Part shown: one piece after another, positions 19,988-31,816 of the stretch | How positions within the stretch are numbered: the first letter of the stretch is position 1 | Layout: each line of letters starts with the position of its first letter | Source of the DNA: Hyphomicrobiaceae bacterium | Lineage (GTDB): Bacteria > Pseudomonadota > Alphaproteobacteria > Rhizobiales > Hyphomicrobiaceae | Direction: 5' to 3' | Assembly (NCBI GenBank): GCA_046293075.1 | Contig: JBKBPL010000002.1 | Coordinates: forward strand, 82,595-146,594 | DNA length: 64,000 bases | The notes under the pieces: generated by a model | Seen by the model: the letters and a program-made list of their open reading frames with translations, nothing else | Told to the model about the DNA's origin: nothing | The model's database searches: none | Made by a program: the position numbers and the translations under genes

Positions 19988-20971
19988 TCAGCTTCCCTCA
20001 AGCAGCCGGCGCGCGGCCTCATCGAGACTGAGCCGGCCGTCCAGCAGGTCGTCGGCGAGGGGCCCGAGCGTGTCGACCTCGCCCGACTGGATGCGCCGCG
20101 CGAGCATTTCGGCGGCAGCGCGCGCGATGAGCGTGCGGGCCCGCCGGCGGCGCCGGATCTGCGGCGGGATCTGGAGCGCCGCCTCGGCGCGCGGCGCGAT
20201 CGCCTCCCAAAGCGGGCCAATGCCGTCGCCCGTGGTCGCCGTGCACTTCAGGACAGGGACGCGCGAGGAGCGGATTGCTGCGGCACTCCGGAGCTGGGCG
20301 AGCGTCGCATCGGCATCGGGACGGTCGCCCTTGTTGACCACCAGGATATCCGCGATCTCGAGCAGGCCGGATTTCATTGCCTGGATGTCGTCGCCGAGAC
20401 CCGGGGCATTGACGACGATGCGCACGTCCGCGACCTCGGCAATGTCGATCTCGCTCTGACCGGTGCCGACCGTCTCGATGAGGATGACGTCGAAGCCTGC
20501 GGCATCGAGCGCATCCACAACCCGGACCGCCGCAGGCGAGAGCCCGCCCAACGCTCCGCGGCTCGCGACGGAGCGCACGAACACCCGGTCGTCATCGTGG
20601 GCGGCGGTCATGCGCACGCGGTCACCCAGAATGGCGCCGCCGGATACCGGGCTCGAGGGGTCGACCGCGATCACGCCCACGGAGAGGCCAAGCTTGCGCA
20701 CGTGCGCGATGAGTGCGTTGACGAGCGTCGACTTTCCGGCGCCTGGCGGTCCGGTGATGCCAATGAGCCGCGCGTGGCCGAGATAGGGCTGCATGGCGCG
20801 CATGAGCCCGGCCAGGCGCGGGCTCGGGCGGACGCCGGCGCGCTCGCATTCGGTTGCGGCCTCGGCAATGGCGCGGCGCTCGCCGGCACGCATTTGCGCA
20901 ACGAGTGCACTGGCATCGTCGGGCGCACTGGCGTTCCGGGTCGCAGGACGGGAGTCCGGCTCTGAGGTCAT
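19988..20971 (-). CDS. meaB: Methylmalonyl-CoA mutase-associated G-protein chaperone MeaB (ArgK family)
   Basis: P-loop GITGPPGAGKSTLVNALI, then AVDPSSPVSGGAILGDRVRM, ETVGTGQSE and NKGD motifs. Confidence 0.9.
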   Translation of the reverse strand: MTSEPDSRPATRNASAPDDASALVAQMRAGERRAIAEAATECERAGVRPSPRLAGLMRAMQPYLGHARLIGITGPPGAGKSTLVNALIAHVRKLGLSVGVIAVDPSSPVSGGAILGDRVRMTAAHDDDRVFVRSVASRGALGGLSPAAVRVVDALDAAGFDVILIETVGTGQSEIDIAEVADVRIVVNAPGLGDDIQAMKSGLLEIADILVVNKGDRPDADATLAQLRSAAAIRSSRVPVLKCTATTGDGIGPLWEAIAPRAEAALQIPPQIRRRRRARTLIARAAAEMLARRIQSGEVDTLGPLADDLLDGRLSLDEAARRLLEGS

Positions 20972-21147
20972 CGCCGAGAGATACGGTTCGCGGCTGATCC
21001 TGGCAACGTGTCGCAGGATGTGCCAGCGGGGTTGTTCACGACAACGGCCAGACCGATCATCTCAATTCCTGTTCTGCAGCCCCTCAAACGACTCGAATTT
21101 CCATAATATCTATTATGCGAATACCAGCGACTCGCTCGCCCCGGGGC

Positions 21148-21606
21148 TCAGGCCTCCGGCTCCGGGGCCTCGAGGCTGCGCTGATAGGCGCGGCGGATGA
21201 TTGCCTGGGCGCCCGGCGTCATCCGGTACCTGTCGAGATCGCTGATCGGCACGAAACGCGCGTCGCGCACGTCCGACGCTGCGATTGGCACCCCCTCCGC
21301 GCTCTGCCCCCAGAAAACCGAAAGTACGTAGTGCGCGGTCAGTTCGCCCTCGCCATTGCGGATGATGGCATCGTGCACATCGACCAGCCCTTTGAGCGTG
21401 ACCCTGAGACCCGTCTCTTCGAACAGCTCACGAGCCGCCGCCCCCCGCGCGGTCTCGCCAGGCTCGATGTGACCGCCGGGCAGGCTCCACGTCCCCGGCA
21501 GGGCCCCCTTCCCCCGTTCCACGATCAGCACGCTGGCGCCGCGAAAGACGACGGCGCTCGCCGCAGGGCGCGGCCACTCCGGCCGCTTGAGGACTTCAGC
21601 AGGCAT
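21148..21606 (-). CDS. NUDIX hydrolase
   Basis: Nudix box GGHIEPGETARGAAARELFEETGL. Confidence 0.85.
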   Translation of the reverse strand: MPAEVLKRPEWPRPAASAVVFRGASVLIVERGKGALPGTWSLPGGHIEPGETARGAAARELFEETGLRVTLKGLVDVHDAIIRNGEGELTAHYVLSVFWGQSAEGVPIAASDVRDARFVPISDLDRYRMTPGAQAIIRRAYQRSLEAPEPEA

Positions 21607-21617
21607 CGCGCCCCGTC

Positions 21618-22523
21618 TCAGGTTGTGGCTGGCGCCGGGAAATCATAGAGGCGCGCCGGGTTGTGCGAGAGGATTTGCGCCGTCAGCGCCTCGTTCTCCG
21701 TCCACTCGGCAACGAGGCTCAGCAGCCGGCCATAGTCAATCGCATGATAGTCGATCGACGGCGGCGCCAATGAAGCGGCACGATTGTGGTTGGCGAGGTG
21801 CGGCCAGTCCGTGCCCCAGACCATGCGCTCCGGGTTGGCGGCGATCAGCGCCTGGGCCAACGCCGTCACGGCGGCATTCCCGTAGGGGTCCGGCGAGACG
21901 CGATAGGTGCCCGAGAGCTTGACCCAGAAGCGCCCGGTATCGATCAGCCGGCGCAGGGTCGGGAACTGCGGATGCGCCGCGCCCTGAGTTGCATCAACCT
22001 TCGCCATGTGGTCGAGCACGATATCGACACCGAGGCCCCGCAGCGTCGCCGCATTGGCGGCGATTACGTCCAGGTCCGTGTAGATCTGGAGGTGCCAGCC
22101 AAGCGGCCGGATTCGCGCCGCGGTGCGCGACAGCAGCTCGGCGACCGTCGTCCCGCGCGGGCCGCCCGCACTGATCAGGTTAAGCCGGACGCCGCGCGCG
22201 CCAGCCTCATGCATTCCGGCGAGGGCGGCGTCGCTCTCTGTTCCATCAATCACGACGACAGCGCGCAGGCGATCGGGATACGCCGCCACCGCATCGAGCG
22301 TGCGGCGATTGTCCGTGCCATAGGCGCTCGGCTGCACGACGACAGCGCGCCCGAGTCCGCTGCGGTCGAGGCGCGCGATGAGATCCTCGACCGGCGCGGG
22401 CGGCGGCGTGTAGCTGCGCGCGCGGGCCAGCGGGTAGCGGTCGAAAGGGCCGAAGACATGCGCATGGCAGTCACAGCCACCGGCAGGTGGCATGAAGGTC
22501 GCGCGCGTCGGGCCAAGATACAT
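21618..22523 (-). CDS. Amidohydrolase-2 family metal-dependent hydrolase (LigI-type lactonase-like)
   Basis: [10 protein letters not shown] near the N-terminus, DHMAK, and GTDWPH near the C-terminus. 11-nt gap to the NUDIX gene. Confidence 0.7.
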   Translation of the reverse strand: MYLGPTRATFMPPAGGCDCHAHVFGPFDRYPLARARSYTPPPAPVEDLIARLDRSGLGRAVVVQPSAYGTDNRRTLDAVAAYPDRLRAVVVIDGTESDAALAGMHEAGARGVRLNLISAGGPRGTTVAELLSRTAARIRPLGWHLQIYTDLDVIAANAATLRGLGVDIVLDHMAKVDATQGAAHPQFPTLRRLIDTGRFWVKLSGTYRVSPDPYGNAAVTALAQALIAANPERMVWGTDWPHLANHNRAASLAPPSIDYHAIDYGRLLSLVAEWTENEALTAQILSHNPARLYDFPAPATT

Positions 22524-22782
22524 GGGCGATGCCTTCCCCAAGGTCTTCCGCTCAACGATACACGACTCCGCTCTGCGGCGCGCGTGCCGGACCGGCAGGC
22601 TCGGACCCATTCATGCCGGCTGTTCAGGCAGCACGCGCTGGCAGATCTTTCCCAGGCCCAAGGGGGGCCCCCTCTCCTCCCGGGCGCGCGCAGCCGACCC
22701 ACCACGGTCGCCTGAGCCGGGGTGCGCAAAGCCCTGGCTTCTGCTATGTGAGCGCCTCGCCCCAGGAGCAAAAGCCCGTGCC

Positions 22783-23958
22783 ATGCCCGCAGCCCGGAGA
22801 GAGACATCGACAGCCGCCGTCCGGCCCGAGTGGCGCGAAGCCCGCCGCATCGTGGTCAAGATCGGCTCGGCGCTGCTCGTCGAGCGGACGACGGGACGGC
22901 TGAGGTCGGCGTGGCTGGAGTCGATCGCCGACGACGTGAAGGCGCTCGCCGCGGAGGGCCGGGAAATCATCCTCGTCTCGTCGGGCGCGATCGCGCTCGG
23001 CCGCCATGTCCTGAGGCTGCCCAAGGGGCCGCTGGCCCTCGAGCAGTCGCAGGCGGCCGCCGCCGTCGGCCAGATCAGCCTTTCGAGCGCCTACCAGGAC
23101 GTGTTCAAGGCGCGCGGATTGACGGCGGCGCAGGTGCTGCTGACGCTCGGTGATACCGAGGAGCGCCGCCGCTATCTCAATGCGCGGCGTACCATGGCGA
23201 CCCTGCTCGCCTGCGGCGCGATCCCCGTCGTGAACGAGAACGATACCGTCGCCACCACCGAGATCCGCTATGGCGACAACGACCGCCTCTCCGCGCGCGT
23301 CGCCTCGATGATGAGCGCCGACTGCCTTGTGCTCCTTTCCGACGTCGACGGGCTCTACACGGCCCCACCCGCGAAGGACCCGAATGCCAGGCGCCTCGAC
23401 GTCGTTCGCGAGATCACACCGGAGATCCTCGCCATGGCCGGCGATGCCGGCACCGAACTCTCGCGCGGCGGCATGGTGACGAAGCTCGAAGCGGCGCGAA
23501 TTGCCATGGGCTCGGGAACCGACATGGTCATTACAGAGGGCGCCGCACTCAATCCCCTGCGCCGGCTTGGCGAGGGCGCACCGTGCACCTGGTTCCTGGC
23601 GCCGTCCGATCCGGTTGCGGCACGCAAGCGCTGGATCGCCGGCAACCTGGAGCCGCGCGGGACAATCGTCGTCGATGCGGGCGCCGAGAGGGCCCTCGGC
23701 CAGGGCAAGAGCCTGCTCCCGGCGGGCGTGGTCGGCGTCGAGGGCACGTTCGATCGTGGTGACGCGGTGACGATCCGCGCGCTTGATGGACGCGACCTCG
23801 GGCGCGGCCTCATTGCCTATCCTCATGACGAAGCAAAGGCTATCATGGGCAAGCGGTCGAGCGAGATCGCCGCAATTCTCGGACACGCCGGGCGCGCCGA
23901 ACTCATTCATCGCGACGACATGGCCTTGAGCAGGGCCCTGGGCAATACAGGGGCATGA
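22783..23958 (+). CDS. proB: Glutamate 5-kinase (with PUA domain)
   Basis: [12 protein letters not shown]...[12 protein letters not shown]...[21 protein letters not shown]...LSDVDGLY. C-terminal PUA-like [13 protein letters not shown]...GDAV. Confidence 0.9.
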   Translation: MPAARRETSTAAVRPEWREARRIVVKIGSALLVERTTGRLRSAWLESIADDVKALAAEGREIILVSSGAIALGRHVLRLPKGPLALEQSQAAAAVGQISLSSAYQDVFKARGLTAAQVLLTLGDTEERRRYLNARRTMATLLACGAIPVVNENDTVATTEIRYGDNDRLSARVASMMSADCLVLLSDVDGLYTAPPAKDPNARRLDVVREITPEILAMAGDAGTELSRGGMVTKLEAARIAMGSGTDMVITEGAALNPLRRLGEGAPCTWFLAPSDPVAARKRWIAGNLEPRGTIVVDAGAERALGQGKSLLPAGVVGVEGTFDRGDAVTIRALDGRDLGRGLIAYPHDEAKAIMGKRSSEIAAILGHAGRAELIHRDDMALSRALGNTGA

Positions 23959-23974
23959 GCAGAACGGAGCTGAC

Positions 23975-25273
23975 ATGAACCGTCCTGAACGCATTGATCG
24001 GCCCCGGGCAGCGGACATCGAGCGCCTGATGCTCGACCTCGGCGCGCAGGCACGCGCGGCCGCCGCTGAGCTGGCGCTCGCGCCGACCGACAAGAAGAAT
24101 GCCGCGCTCCGTGCCATGGCCGCGGCCTTGCGCCGTTCCGAGGCGACGATCCTCGAGGCCAATGTGCTGGATGTCGCCGACGTAAAGGCCGCAGCACAGC
24201 CCGCCTCCTTCGTCGACCGCCTGACGCTGACGCCGGACCGTATCGAAGGGATTGCCAAGGGGCTTGAGGATATAGCTGCGCTCGATGATCCTGTTGGTGC
24301 GGTCATTGCCGCCTGGGAGCGGCCCAACGGCCTCCGGTTCCAGCGCGTACGCGTGCCGATCGGCGTCATCGGCATTATCTACGAGAGCCGGCCGAACGTG
24401 ACGGCCGATGCCGGCGGTCTCACGCTCAAATCCGGCAACGCCGCCATTCTGCGTACCGGCTCTGACGCCCAGCGCTCGGCGACGGCGATCCACACCTGCC
24501 TCGCCGAGGGGCTGCGCGAGGCGGGGCTGCCCGAGGCAGCCATTACGCTCGTACCGACCACCGATCGTGCCGCTGTCGGCCACATGCTCGCGGGCCTCAA
24601 TGGCGCCATCGACGTGATCGTGCCGCGCGGCGGCAAGGGGCTTGTGGGGCGCGTTCAGCAGGAGGCGCGCGTGCCCGTCTTTGCGCACCTCGAGGGCATC
24701 TGCCACACCTACGTCGACCGCGGCGCCGATCTCGGCATCGCGATCCCGCTCGTGCTCAACGGCAAGCTGCGACGCACGGGCGTATGCGGCGCGACGGAAT
24801 GCCTGCTCGTCGATCGCAACGCGCACGAGGACTACCTGCCGAGGCTCGTGAAGGCCCTGCTCGATGCCGGCTGTGAGGTCCGCGGCGACGCCGAGACGCA
24901 GAGCGTCGACGCGCAAGTCAAGGCCGCGCAGCCGGATGACTATGGACGCGAGTTCCTCGATTCGATCATTGCGGTCAAAGTCGTCGACGGCGTCGATGAG
25001 GCCATCGCCCACATCGCCCGCTATGGTTCGCAGCACACCGACAGCATCATCACGGAATGCAGCGGCACAGCCGAACGTTTCCTGAAGCGCGTGGACAGTG
25101 CCATCGTTCTGCACAATGCCTCGACGCAGTTCGCGGATGGCGGCGAGTTCGGCTTCGGTGCCGAGATCGGCATCGCCACCGGGCGCCTGCACGCGCGCGG
25201 TCCCGTCGGCGTCGAGCAGCTCACAACCTTCAAATACATCGTCCGCGGGACCGGCCAGACGCGACCGAAATAG
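23975..25273 (+). CDS. proA: Glutamate-5-semialdehyde dehydrogenase
   Basis: [15 protein letters not shown]...[12 protein letters not shown]...[10 protein letters not shown]...[30 protein letters not shown]. Confidence 0.95.
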   Translation: MNRPERIDRPRAADIERLMLDLGAQARAAAAELALAPTDKKNAALRAMAAALRRSEATILEANVLDVADVKAAAQPASFVDRLTLTPDRIEGIAKGLEDIAALDDPVGAVIAAWERPNGLRFQRVRVPIGVIGIIYESRPNVTADAGGLTLKSGNAAILRTGSDAQRSATAIHTCLAEGLREAGLPEAAITLVPTTDRAAVGHMLAGLNGAIDVIVPRGGKGLVGRVQQEARVPVFAHLEGICHTYVDRGADLGIAIPLVLNGKLRRTGVCGATECLLVDRNAHEDYLPRLVKALLDAGCEVRGDAETQSVDAQVKAAQPDDYGREFLDSIIAVKVVDGVDEAIAHIARYGSQHTDSIITECSGTAERFLKRVDSAIVLHNASTQFADGGEFGFGAEIGIATGRLHARGPVGVEQLTTFKYIVRGTGQTRPK

Positions 25274-25313
25274 CCCTGCCGGGAGAGCCCGCGCCGCGCA
25301 CAGGGAGGGCGCC

Positions 25314-25982
25314 ATGCGCATCATCGATCTCTCCATGCCCATTGCGGGCGACCACCCGCGCTGGGCAACCGAGATCACGGTCAGCGGCGATCTCGCGAAG
25401 GGCGACCTTGCGCAAGTGACGTGGCTCAAGGTCTCATGCCATGCGTTCACGCACGTCGATGCACGCAAGCACATGTTCGCCGACGGCGCGACGATCGAGG
25501 CGACGCCGCTCGATGACCTGGTCGGGCCCTGTGCCGTCGTCGATCTCATGGATGTGCAGGCGAACGAAGCCGTCGGACCCGAGAAGCTCAGCCAGCGCGG
25601 ACAGCACATCAAGCGCGGCGGCATGGTGCTGCTCAAGTCGAACTGGGATCGCCAGCGCTCGCCGATGACGCGCGAGTTCTGGCTCGACAGCCCCTATCTC
25701 ACGCGCGAGGCCGCCGAGTGGCTGCTCGCCACGGGGATCCGCACGATCGGCTACAGCTTCCCTCAGGACTATCCCATCCGGCTTCTTCTCAAAGGCGAGA
25801 AGCGTCCGCTCGCCGAGCAGGTCACGCACGACGTCCTGCTTCGCGCCGGCGTGCACATGATCGAGTACGTCGCCAACACCGCGGACATTCGCGCGCCCGA
25901 GGTCTTCCTTTCAGCCGCACCGCTGAACATCCCGGGCGGTGATGGCGCGCCCGCGCGCGTGTACTGCATCGAGGGGATGTAA
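25314..25982 (+). CDS. Cyclase-family protein (kynurenine formamidase-like metal hydrolase)
   Basis: MRIIDLSMPI...CHAFTHVDARKH (HxGTHxDxPxH-like motif)...DLVGPCAVVD. Confidence 0.7.
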   Translation: MRIIDLSMPIAGDHPRWATEITVSGDLAKGDLAQVTWLKVSCHAFTHVDARKHMFADGATIEATPLDDLVGPCAVVDLMDVQANEAVGPEKLSQRGQHIKRGGMVLLKSNWDRQRSPMTREFWLDSPYLTREAAEWLLATGIRTIGYSFPQDYPIRLLLKGEKRPLAEQVTHDVLLRAGVHMIEYVANTADIRAPEVFLSAAPLNIPGGDGAPARVYCIEGM

Positions 25983-25989
25983 GTGACAT

Positions 25990-26017
25990 CCCCTCTCCCC
26001 GCCTGCGGGGAGAGGGG
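25990..26017. repeat. REP-like GC hairpin CCCCTCTCCCCG-cctg-CGGGGAGAGGGG between the convergent cyclase and typA genes
   Basis: 12-bp perfect stem. Same arm sequence family as the hairpins at 50709-50737 and 50798-50823. Confidence 0.7.
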
Positions 26018-26035
26018 AAGCGACGGCGCGGCGAG

Positions 26036-27856
<1,821 letters not shown>

Positions 27857-28010
27857 TTATGGGGTCCGGGTGCAGGCCGCATGGTGCGGCGCAAAAAGGG
27901 TTGCGGCTGCCTAGCACAGAGAGGCGCGGATGTCATGCGGCGGCGGGGGATTAACGCAGCGCACCAAACGCGCTAGGGGTAGTCCGACCGCCGCACAGGA
28001 TTTCAGACCA

Positions 28011-29909
28011 ATGACCGAACTCGCCTTGATGGAAGGGTTTTCCGTCCCTGAGCGGGCACAGTGGCTGGCGCTGGTCGATAAGGCGCTCAACGGCGCCGAT
28101 TTCGAGCGCCGCCTCGTCTCGCGGACGGCTGACGGGCTGCGGATCGCGCCCCTCTATGGCCGCGCGGATGCGCCCGCGGGCTTGGCGCAGCAGCAGCCGG
28201 GGGCCGCGCCCTTCCTGCGGGGGACCTGTGCCGCCGTCAGCACGCCGCCGTGGGATATCCGGCAGATCCACGCCGAGCCGGACGCGGCTGCGGCCAATGC
28301 CGCCATCCTCGAAGATCTCGAGGGCGGGGCTTCATCGATCAAGCTCCAGATCGCGGCCCGAGGCCGCTTCGGCCTGGCGCCGGATGCCGCCACGCTTGGC
28401 GCCGCGCTCAAGGGCGTCATGCTGGACATCTGCCCGGTCTCGCTGGAGGCCGGCGAAGAGACCGCTGCCGCCGCGGCGAGCCTCGCGGCGTTGTGGCGGG
28501 CCGCAGGCATTGCCGATGAGGCGAGACTTGGCGCCCTCAATGCCGATCCGCTCGGCACGCTCGCTCTGACCGGCGCGCTGCGCCAGCCGCTCGAAGCTGC
28601 GATGAGCGAAGCGGTGGTCCTCGCCAAAGGCGCGATCGGCGCCCCGCATCTGACGGCGCTCGTTGCCGACGGCCACCCCTATCATGCCGGCGGCGCCAGC
28701 GAGGCGCAGGAGCTGGCCGTCGTGCTGGCAACCCTCACGGCTTATCTGCGCGAACTCGATGCGGCCGGAATCGCGCCAGAGCGGGCGCTCCCGAAAATCG
28801 CGATCAATCTGGCGATCGATGCGGACCAGATCCTCGGGCTTGCCAAGCTGCGCGCCGCTCGCCGGCTGGTGTGGCAAGTCGCTGATGCCTGCGGTGCCGG
28901 CGAAGCCATGGCGCAGATGGCCTTCAGTGCCGAGACGTCCCGGCGCATGATGGCGAAGTACGATCCCTGGGTGAACATGCTGCGCACCACGATCGCCTGC
29001 GCCACGGCGGCCATGGGCGGCGCGCAGGCGATCACCGTGCTGCCGTTCACGTGGGCGCTCGGGCGGCCGGATAGCTTCGCGCGGCGTATGGCGCGCAACA
29101 CGCACCTCGTGCTCCAGGAGGAAAGCGGGCTCGGCCGCGTGCTGGACCCGGCCGGAGGCAGCTTCGCGATCGAGGCACTGACGGGGGACCTCGCCGCCGC
29201 GGCTTGGACGCTTTTCCAGGAGATCGAAGCGGCCGGCGGCATGGCGGCGGGCCTCATGAGCGGCCGCATCCAGGAGGATATTGCAAAGGTTGCAGGAGCA
29301 CGCGCCAAGCAGCTTGCGACGGGCCGGCTGGAAATGACGGGCGTTTCCGCCTTCCCGCGGCTCGGCGATGACGGCGTCAAAGTCGTGCCGTGGCCTGACC
29401 TGCCTGCGCGCGCCGATGTCGCTTCCGTGCGCGTCAGGCCGCTCGCCGTGCGCCGGCTGGCCGAGCCCTTCGAAGCGCTCCGCGCTGCGGCAGAGCTTCA
29501 CGCCACGCAGGTTGGCGCGCCGGCAAGGGTCTTCCTGGCCTGCGTCGGCGATCTTGCAAGCTATGGTGCGCGTGCGACATGGATGACGAACTTCCTCGCC
29601 GCGGGCGGCATTGCCGCCGCTCAATCGGCACCGCTGACGAACGCCGAGGAAGCCGCCGCCGCCTTCAAGGAAAGCGGCGCGTCCATTGCCTGCATCTGCG
29701 GCGCGGATACGGCCTACGGCGAGCGGGGCGAATCCTTGGCGGACGCGCTGAAGAGAGCCGGTGCCGAGCGCCTCTATTTGGCCGGACGCCCAAAGGATCT
29801 CGAAGCTTCTCTGACGGCCGCCGGCATCGACGCCTTTATCTTCGCCGGGTGCGACGCGCTGGCGATGCTCGGCGAGCTGCACAGAGCGCTTGGCATTTCG
29901 CCGGCCTGA
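28011..29909 (+). CDS. Methylmalonyl-CoA mutase small (beta) subunit
   Basis: MTELALMEGFSVPERAQWLALVDKALNGADFERRLVSRTADGLRIAPLY is the typical MutA-type N-terminus. The C-terminal Rossmann-like region reads GDLASYG where B12-binding subunits have DxHxxG; the His is replaced. Confidence 0.8.
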   Translation: MTELALMEGFSVPERAQWLALVDKALNGADFERRLVSRTADGLRIAPLYGRADAPAGLAQQQPGAAPFLRGTCAAVSTPPWDIRQIHAEPDAAAANAAILEDLEGGASSIKLQIAARGRFGLAPDAATLGAALKGVMLDICPVSLEAGEETAAAAASLAALWRAAGIADEARLGALNADPLGTLALTGALRQPLEAAMSEAVVLAKGAIGAPHLTALVADGHPYHAGGASEAQELAVVLATLTAYLRELDAAGIAPERALPKIAINLAIDADQILGLAKLRAARRLVWQVADACGAGEAMAQMAFSAETSRRMMAKYDPWVNMLRTTIACATAAMGGAQAITVLPFTWALGRPDSFARRMARNTHLVLQEESGLGRVLDPAGGSFAIEALTGDLAAAAWTLFQEIEAAGGMAAGLMSGRIQEDIAKVAGARAKQLATGRLEMTGVSAFPRLGDDGVKVVPWPDLPARADVASVRVRPLAVRRLAEPFEALRAAAELHATQVGAPARVFLACVGDLASYGARATWMTNFLAAGGIAAAQSAPLTNAEEAAAAFKESGASIACICGADTAYGERGESLADALKRAGAERLYLAGRPKDLEASLTAAGIDAFIFAGCDALAMLGELHRALGISPA

Positions 29910-30005
29910 GGCCGGGCCAGGACTTGCAGCGGAGCACCAGCTTGCGCCGTGCGTGCTGCACAGTCCGTGCGTGTCATGCGGCTGAGGCTTCGCCTCGCTC
30001 GACGA

Positions 30006-30923
30006 TCAGATCTCCAACTGGCCCTCGGTAACGCGAACGGCACTGCCGCCGATGCGCACAGCGTCCAGCTTCCCGCGCGCCGCGACCTCGAACGAGAGCG
30101 CGACAAGGCTCGGGCGGCCCATTTCAAAACCCTGCTCGATCATGCGCTTGTGCGTTCCCATGAGCGGCTGATCAAAGGCGTTTATGGCGCCGGCAAAGGC
30201 CGCGGCCGCGGAGCCGGTCGCGGGATCCTCCGCAACGCCGGCAGCCGGGCCGAACATGCGCGCGTGGAAGGACGACGTCGTGTGGACGGTCTCGCGCGTG
30301 TAGAGGTAGACCTTGCCGGACTTGGCGGTGCCAAAGGCTGCCCCCCAATGCGTCGAGACGATCTCGGCACGGGCGATGGCGGCCATTGACGCGATCGGCA
30401 CGAACGTGAACGGCACGCCGGCGGACCATTGCGAGGGGCGGTGGTTGGCGAAGCCGATCTCGGACGGCATGAGGCCGAGCGCAGCAGCGAGCCGCTCCGC
30501 GCTCGGCGCATCGCCGGCAGCCTCCGGAAGCTTGGGGGCATCGAATTCGGCATAAGGTGCCTTGCCCGAGCGCAGACGAACCCCGACGCGGACCGCACCG
30601 ATGGTCTCCTCCAGGACGACGAGCGCGTCCTGGTCGGGCGAGGCCTCTCCCGCGCGGAGCTGTGCGAGCAGGATGCCGGTGCCGATCGTCGGGTGCCCGG
30701 CAAATGGCAGTTCGACGGCCGGCGTAAATATGCGGACGCGGGCCCAGGCGGCGGGGTTCGTGGCCTTTTGGACGAACACGGTCTCGGAAAGGTTAAGCTC
30801 GCGGGCAATGCTCTGCATGAGCCCGGCGGGCAGGGCATCGGCGTTCATCACGACGGCGAGCGGATTGCCGCCGAAACGCGTTTCGGTAAAGACATCGAGG
30901 GTGTAGAACTTGAGCTGCATCAT
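30006..30923 (-). CDS. PhzF-family isomerase/epimerase-like protein
   Basis: MMQLKFYTLDVFTETRFGGNPLAVV...ARELNLSETVFV...FAGHPTIGT. Confidence 0.85.
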   Translation of the reverse strand: MMQLKFYTLDVFTETRFGGNPLAVVMNADALPAGLMQSIARELNLSETVFVQKATNPAAWARVRIFTPAVELPFAGHPTIGTGILLAQLRAGEASPDQDALVVLEETIGAVRVGVRLRSGKAPYAEFDAPKLPEAAGDAPSAERLAAALGLMPSEIGFANHRPSQWSAGVPFTFVPIASMAAIARAEIVSTHWGAAFGTAKSGKVYLYTRETVHTTSSFHARMFGPAAGVAEDPATGSAAAAFAGAINAFDQPLMGTHKRMIEQGFEMGRPSLVALSFEVAARGKLDAVRIGGSAVRVTEGQLEI

Positions 30924-31174
30924 CGGTCCCGGGTGCCGCACGGCGCAGACAACGGCTGCTGGCGCGCAACCATGCATGGAATCGTGCCGCCGTCCACTCA
31001 TCTTCCCGCCACCGCGGCCTCCAGTATGCTCCGGGAGACGGACAGGGCTTCACGCCAACGTTCCCGTGCCAACGTTGCCGTGATCGAGGCAAATTGCCTC
31101 CTTCGCCGCCCAAAAGCGATGCTAAGAAGAGCCGGTGGCTGCCCCATCGGCACCCCGGAGGAATTCGTACGACA

Positions 31175-31816
31175 ATGACCAAGAAGAACATGAAGAAGAA
31201 TTCAGGCCAGCCCCCGAAGAGGATTGCGGGCATCCACAACGTATGCGTGTTCTGCGGCTCGGGGACCGGCAGGGACCCGGCCTTTGTAGCGGGGGCGCGC
31301 ACGCTCGGGCAGCATCTCGCCGAAGCTGGGATCGGCCTTGTGTATGGCGGCGGCAGCCTCGGCCTGATGGGTGAGGTGGCAAGGTCCGTGCTCAGGCACG
31401 ACGGCTATGTCACGGGCATCATTCCTTCCTTCCTCTCGGAAAAGGAGCAGATGCTCCGCGATGTCAACGAGCTCATCGTGACCGAGGACATGCACCAGAG
31501 AAAGCGGCTGATGTTCGAGCGCTCGGATGCGTTCGTGGCGCTTCCTGGCGGCATCGGCACGCTCGAGGAGCTTGTCGAGCAGCTCACCTGGGCCCAGCTC
31601 GGCCGCCACACCAAGCCGATCGTGATCGCCAACATCGCCGGCTATTGGGACTCCCTGCGAGAGCTGTTCGACCACATGCGGGAGGAGACCTTCATCCGTG
31701 CCGGTCTTCAGGTGCCGTACACGATCGTGGATAACGCGGAGGACATCCTGCCGGCCATTGCCGCCGCCGCCCCTGCGGCTCCAAAAGAGCGGGTCGACGT
31801 CATCGAGCGCATGTGA
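31175..31816 (+). CDS. LOG-family (TIGR00730) nucleotide phosphoribohydrolase
   Basis: VCVFCGSGTG...VYGGGSLGLMG...ALPGGIGTLEEL motifs. Confidence 0.85.
   Translation: MTKKNMKKNSGQPPKRIAGIHNVCVFCGSGTGRDPAFVAGARTLGQHLAEAGIGLVYGGGSLGLMGEVARSVLRHDGYVTGIIPSFLSEKEQMLRDVNELIVTEDMHQRKRLMFERSDAFVALPGGIGTLEELVEQLTWAQLGRHTKPIVIANIAGYWDSLRELFDHMREETFIRAGLQVPYTIVDNAEDILPAIAAAAPAAPKERVDVIERM

Noticed and set aside
21103-21116. An AT palindrome, ATAATA-tc-TATTAT, upstream of meaB that resembles the 5626-5643 palindrome upstream of ctrA, considered as a shared regulator site.
   Set aside because: The similarity is limited to TAATA/TATTA, which is simply what AT-rich -10-like promoter DNA looks like. This is not enough to propose a common factor.
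27857-28010. A search for a cobalamin riboswitch or B12-box upstream of the methylmalonyl-CoA mutase small-subunit gene.
   Set aside because: The 154-nt divergent spacer is too short and I could not find a B12-box-like core or the expected multi-stem architecture.
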